64,000 bases of DNA. It comes from Mytilus californianus (lineage: Eukaryota). Location: assembly GCF_021869535.1 (NCBI RefSeq), contig NW_026262668.1:30938001-31002000 (forward strand). Reading direction: 5' to 3'. A model generated the notes under the pieces. It was not told where the DNA came from. It made no database searches and saw only the letters and a program-made list of their open reading frames with translations. Shown piece after piece: positions 62,114-64,000 of the stretch; the stretch's first letter is position 1; each line of letters opens with the position of its first letter. The translations under genes were made by a program, and so were the position numbers.

Positions 62114-64000
62114 CTATAAACGGAAAGTTAACACTAGTCAACAAACCCAGAGAGAGAGATACTTTTAGGAGTCCTTAGGTGGAGTCTTCCAAGACCAAAT
62201 TCTGCACCTATCTTGCTTTCCCTTTTTTCCAAATAGCTATCCAAAATTACCGCCCTCCATTCCGGACGTCCCACGATGATCTACTTATTTGATGAATTGT
62301 TATCGCCCTTGCATGTGTATGAAATACTTGCCACTGGACTCTAAGTAAACACATTCAATTAATCCACCAACAACAATTTTATAGATTTTGCAGATCGAAA
62401 ATTCAATAAATATATAAATATATCGTTTCTTTTTGGAGGGAATAAGACAATGGTTTAAGCCTCCCCCCCCAAAAAAAAAAACAAAAAACAAAACGAAATA
62501 TCAAATAAAAAAACAAAAAAAAAACCTCAACAAAATAAACAACGATTTACTGATATTTAGTTTTCAACGTATATTCTACACGTATTTTTGAACGATGATT
62601 CATTTTTATTTCTCAGTATCGTTGTTTCATGTGGTCGCAATAGTTTTTAAACATATTAAAATTAAAGGACAAACATCAAATTGTGTTCAAACAATTTGTT
62701 TAAATGTATATTTTATGTGATTTTATTTGTAATGCAAGAAGGAAACATGCTTTTTAACAAGATAAAAATGTCAACAATTTAAACTAACAATTGAAGCATA
62801 AATGACAAGACAATTTTCTAGACTTAACTTAAATGTCCGTAATTTGTACTAATTTCCATTTTCAATACACGTGTACTACAAAATGTTTAACAAATCTACA
62901 AGATGTGTTTTCTATATCCTTAGATTTTGTACATTTGCTTCATTGGCTAGAATATATTGCATGAAAAGGGTTTCAATGAGATAATTTATAGAATGACTTG
63001 TGCATTGTACACCAGTGCAATTAATTCACTATTTCCCATGCCATTCAAATGCTTAGTTAAGAGACGGAAAATGCAAACAGTTTTCCTTAAGGGACCATTT
63101 GAATTTCGGGGGAGGGGGTCAGGATTTCGAAAATGAATAACTTGGCCCGGTAAGAACTGATAATTAATAAATTTGCACAAGACAGAATAAAAACACAAAA
63201 TGCAGCAAACAAATGAGTGCAAAAGTGACAATAAGTTTTCGCTTGGAAAAAAATAAGTATGCACAGCAACAGATGAAACTAAATGATCAATTTGGACCCC
63301 CCCCCCCCCCCCCCCCCCCCCCCCCATCAAATGGTCGTCCCCGTTTGTTGTATTGTTGTATGTTGTCTCGCTGAGAACTAACTATCTATCGTTACTTACT
63401 TGTGTTTTATAATATGTACTTATACCTATCACTTACAATATAATCATATACGTGTTTACCTTGAATGATTTATGCATTATTTTAATGATCTAGCATTCTA
63501 ATGTGATTGATTGAAAATAGATCTGTATCTTTAAAGCATAAAAGAAATGTTATTGTCTCGTTATTGTAATGTTTTTGTCTGGAAAACAGATCGAAAAGAC
63601 CAGGAAATATAATTCACTGTCAAAATTCCGTTTTTTTTATTGTGCTAATAAATTAGACGTACGCCTTTAACATGGTAGTAGCCGTTTATAGCGCATATTT
63701 TTAAAAAAGATATTTTCATTTCTCGAAACGCTCATTAAATAAGGAAAAAATTATAATTGTAAAAGTTAAACTGCAAATATGTATTTGGAAAGGAAATTTT
63801 AAGCCACTTACTCATAATTGTCAAACACATACACATATAAATAAGGCTGATTGGTTTTTTTTTGTAGCTTAACGTTCAGAGGCAAATATTTCATGCACAT
63901 CCAGGACGCGAACAATGTAGCAAAAAAACAAATAAGTAGGTTCTGCAGTGGATGGACTGGGTTGAAAAGCGAGAAATCAGGACTACCACTGGTAAAAAGA

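Overview
AT-rich eukaryotic genomic DNA. It is most likely a bivalve, probably Mytilus, inferred from the gene content and repeat families. By joining GT-AG exons in consistent phase I reconstructed six protein-coding loci. (1) A vitelline-envelope ZP-domain (VEZP/VERL-like) gene, minus strand, 4587-12540, first exon not found. (2) An intronless class A GPCR, plus strand, 19888-20784. (3) A complete 6-exon PRDM12 orthologue, minus strand, 24870-33449. (4) A 7-exon di-N-acetylchitobiase (CTBS, GH18), minus strand, 37964-47918, with a 1-nt frameshift in the last exon. (5) A 4-exon, 149-aa secreted precursor, minus strand, 51085-53423: signal peptide, then a 52-aa Cys-free Gly-rich cationic peptide, RR, and an EF-hand pro-region. 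This layout recalls the mytimycin precursor but the peptide is unrelated, making it a candidate new antimicrobial peptide family and the top finding. (6) A small candidate secreted precursor with GRR/GR processing sites, minus strand, 60550 to about 62113. The remainder is dense with TEs: PIF/Harbinger MITEs and a transposase relic, Helentron-like elements, tRNA-SINEs, LINE and Penelope fragments, plus several minisatellites, some abutting splice sites. All family assignments come from motif recognition by eye; no database search was run.
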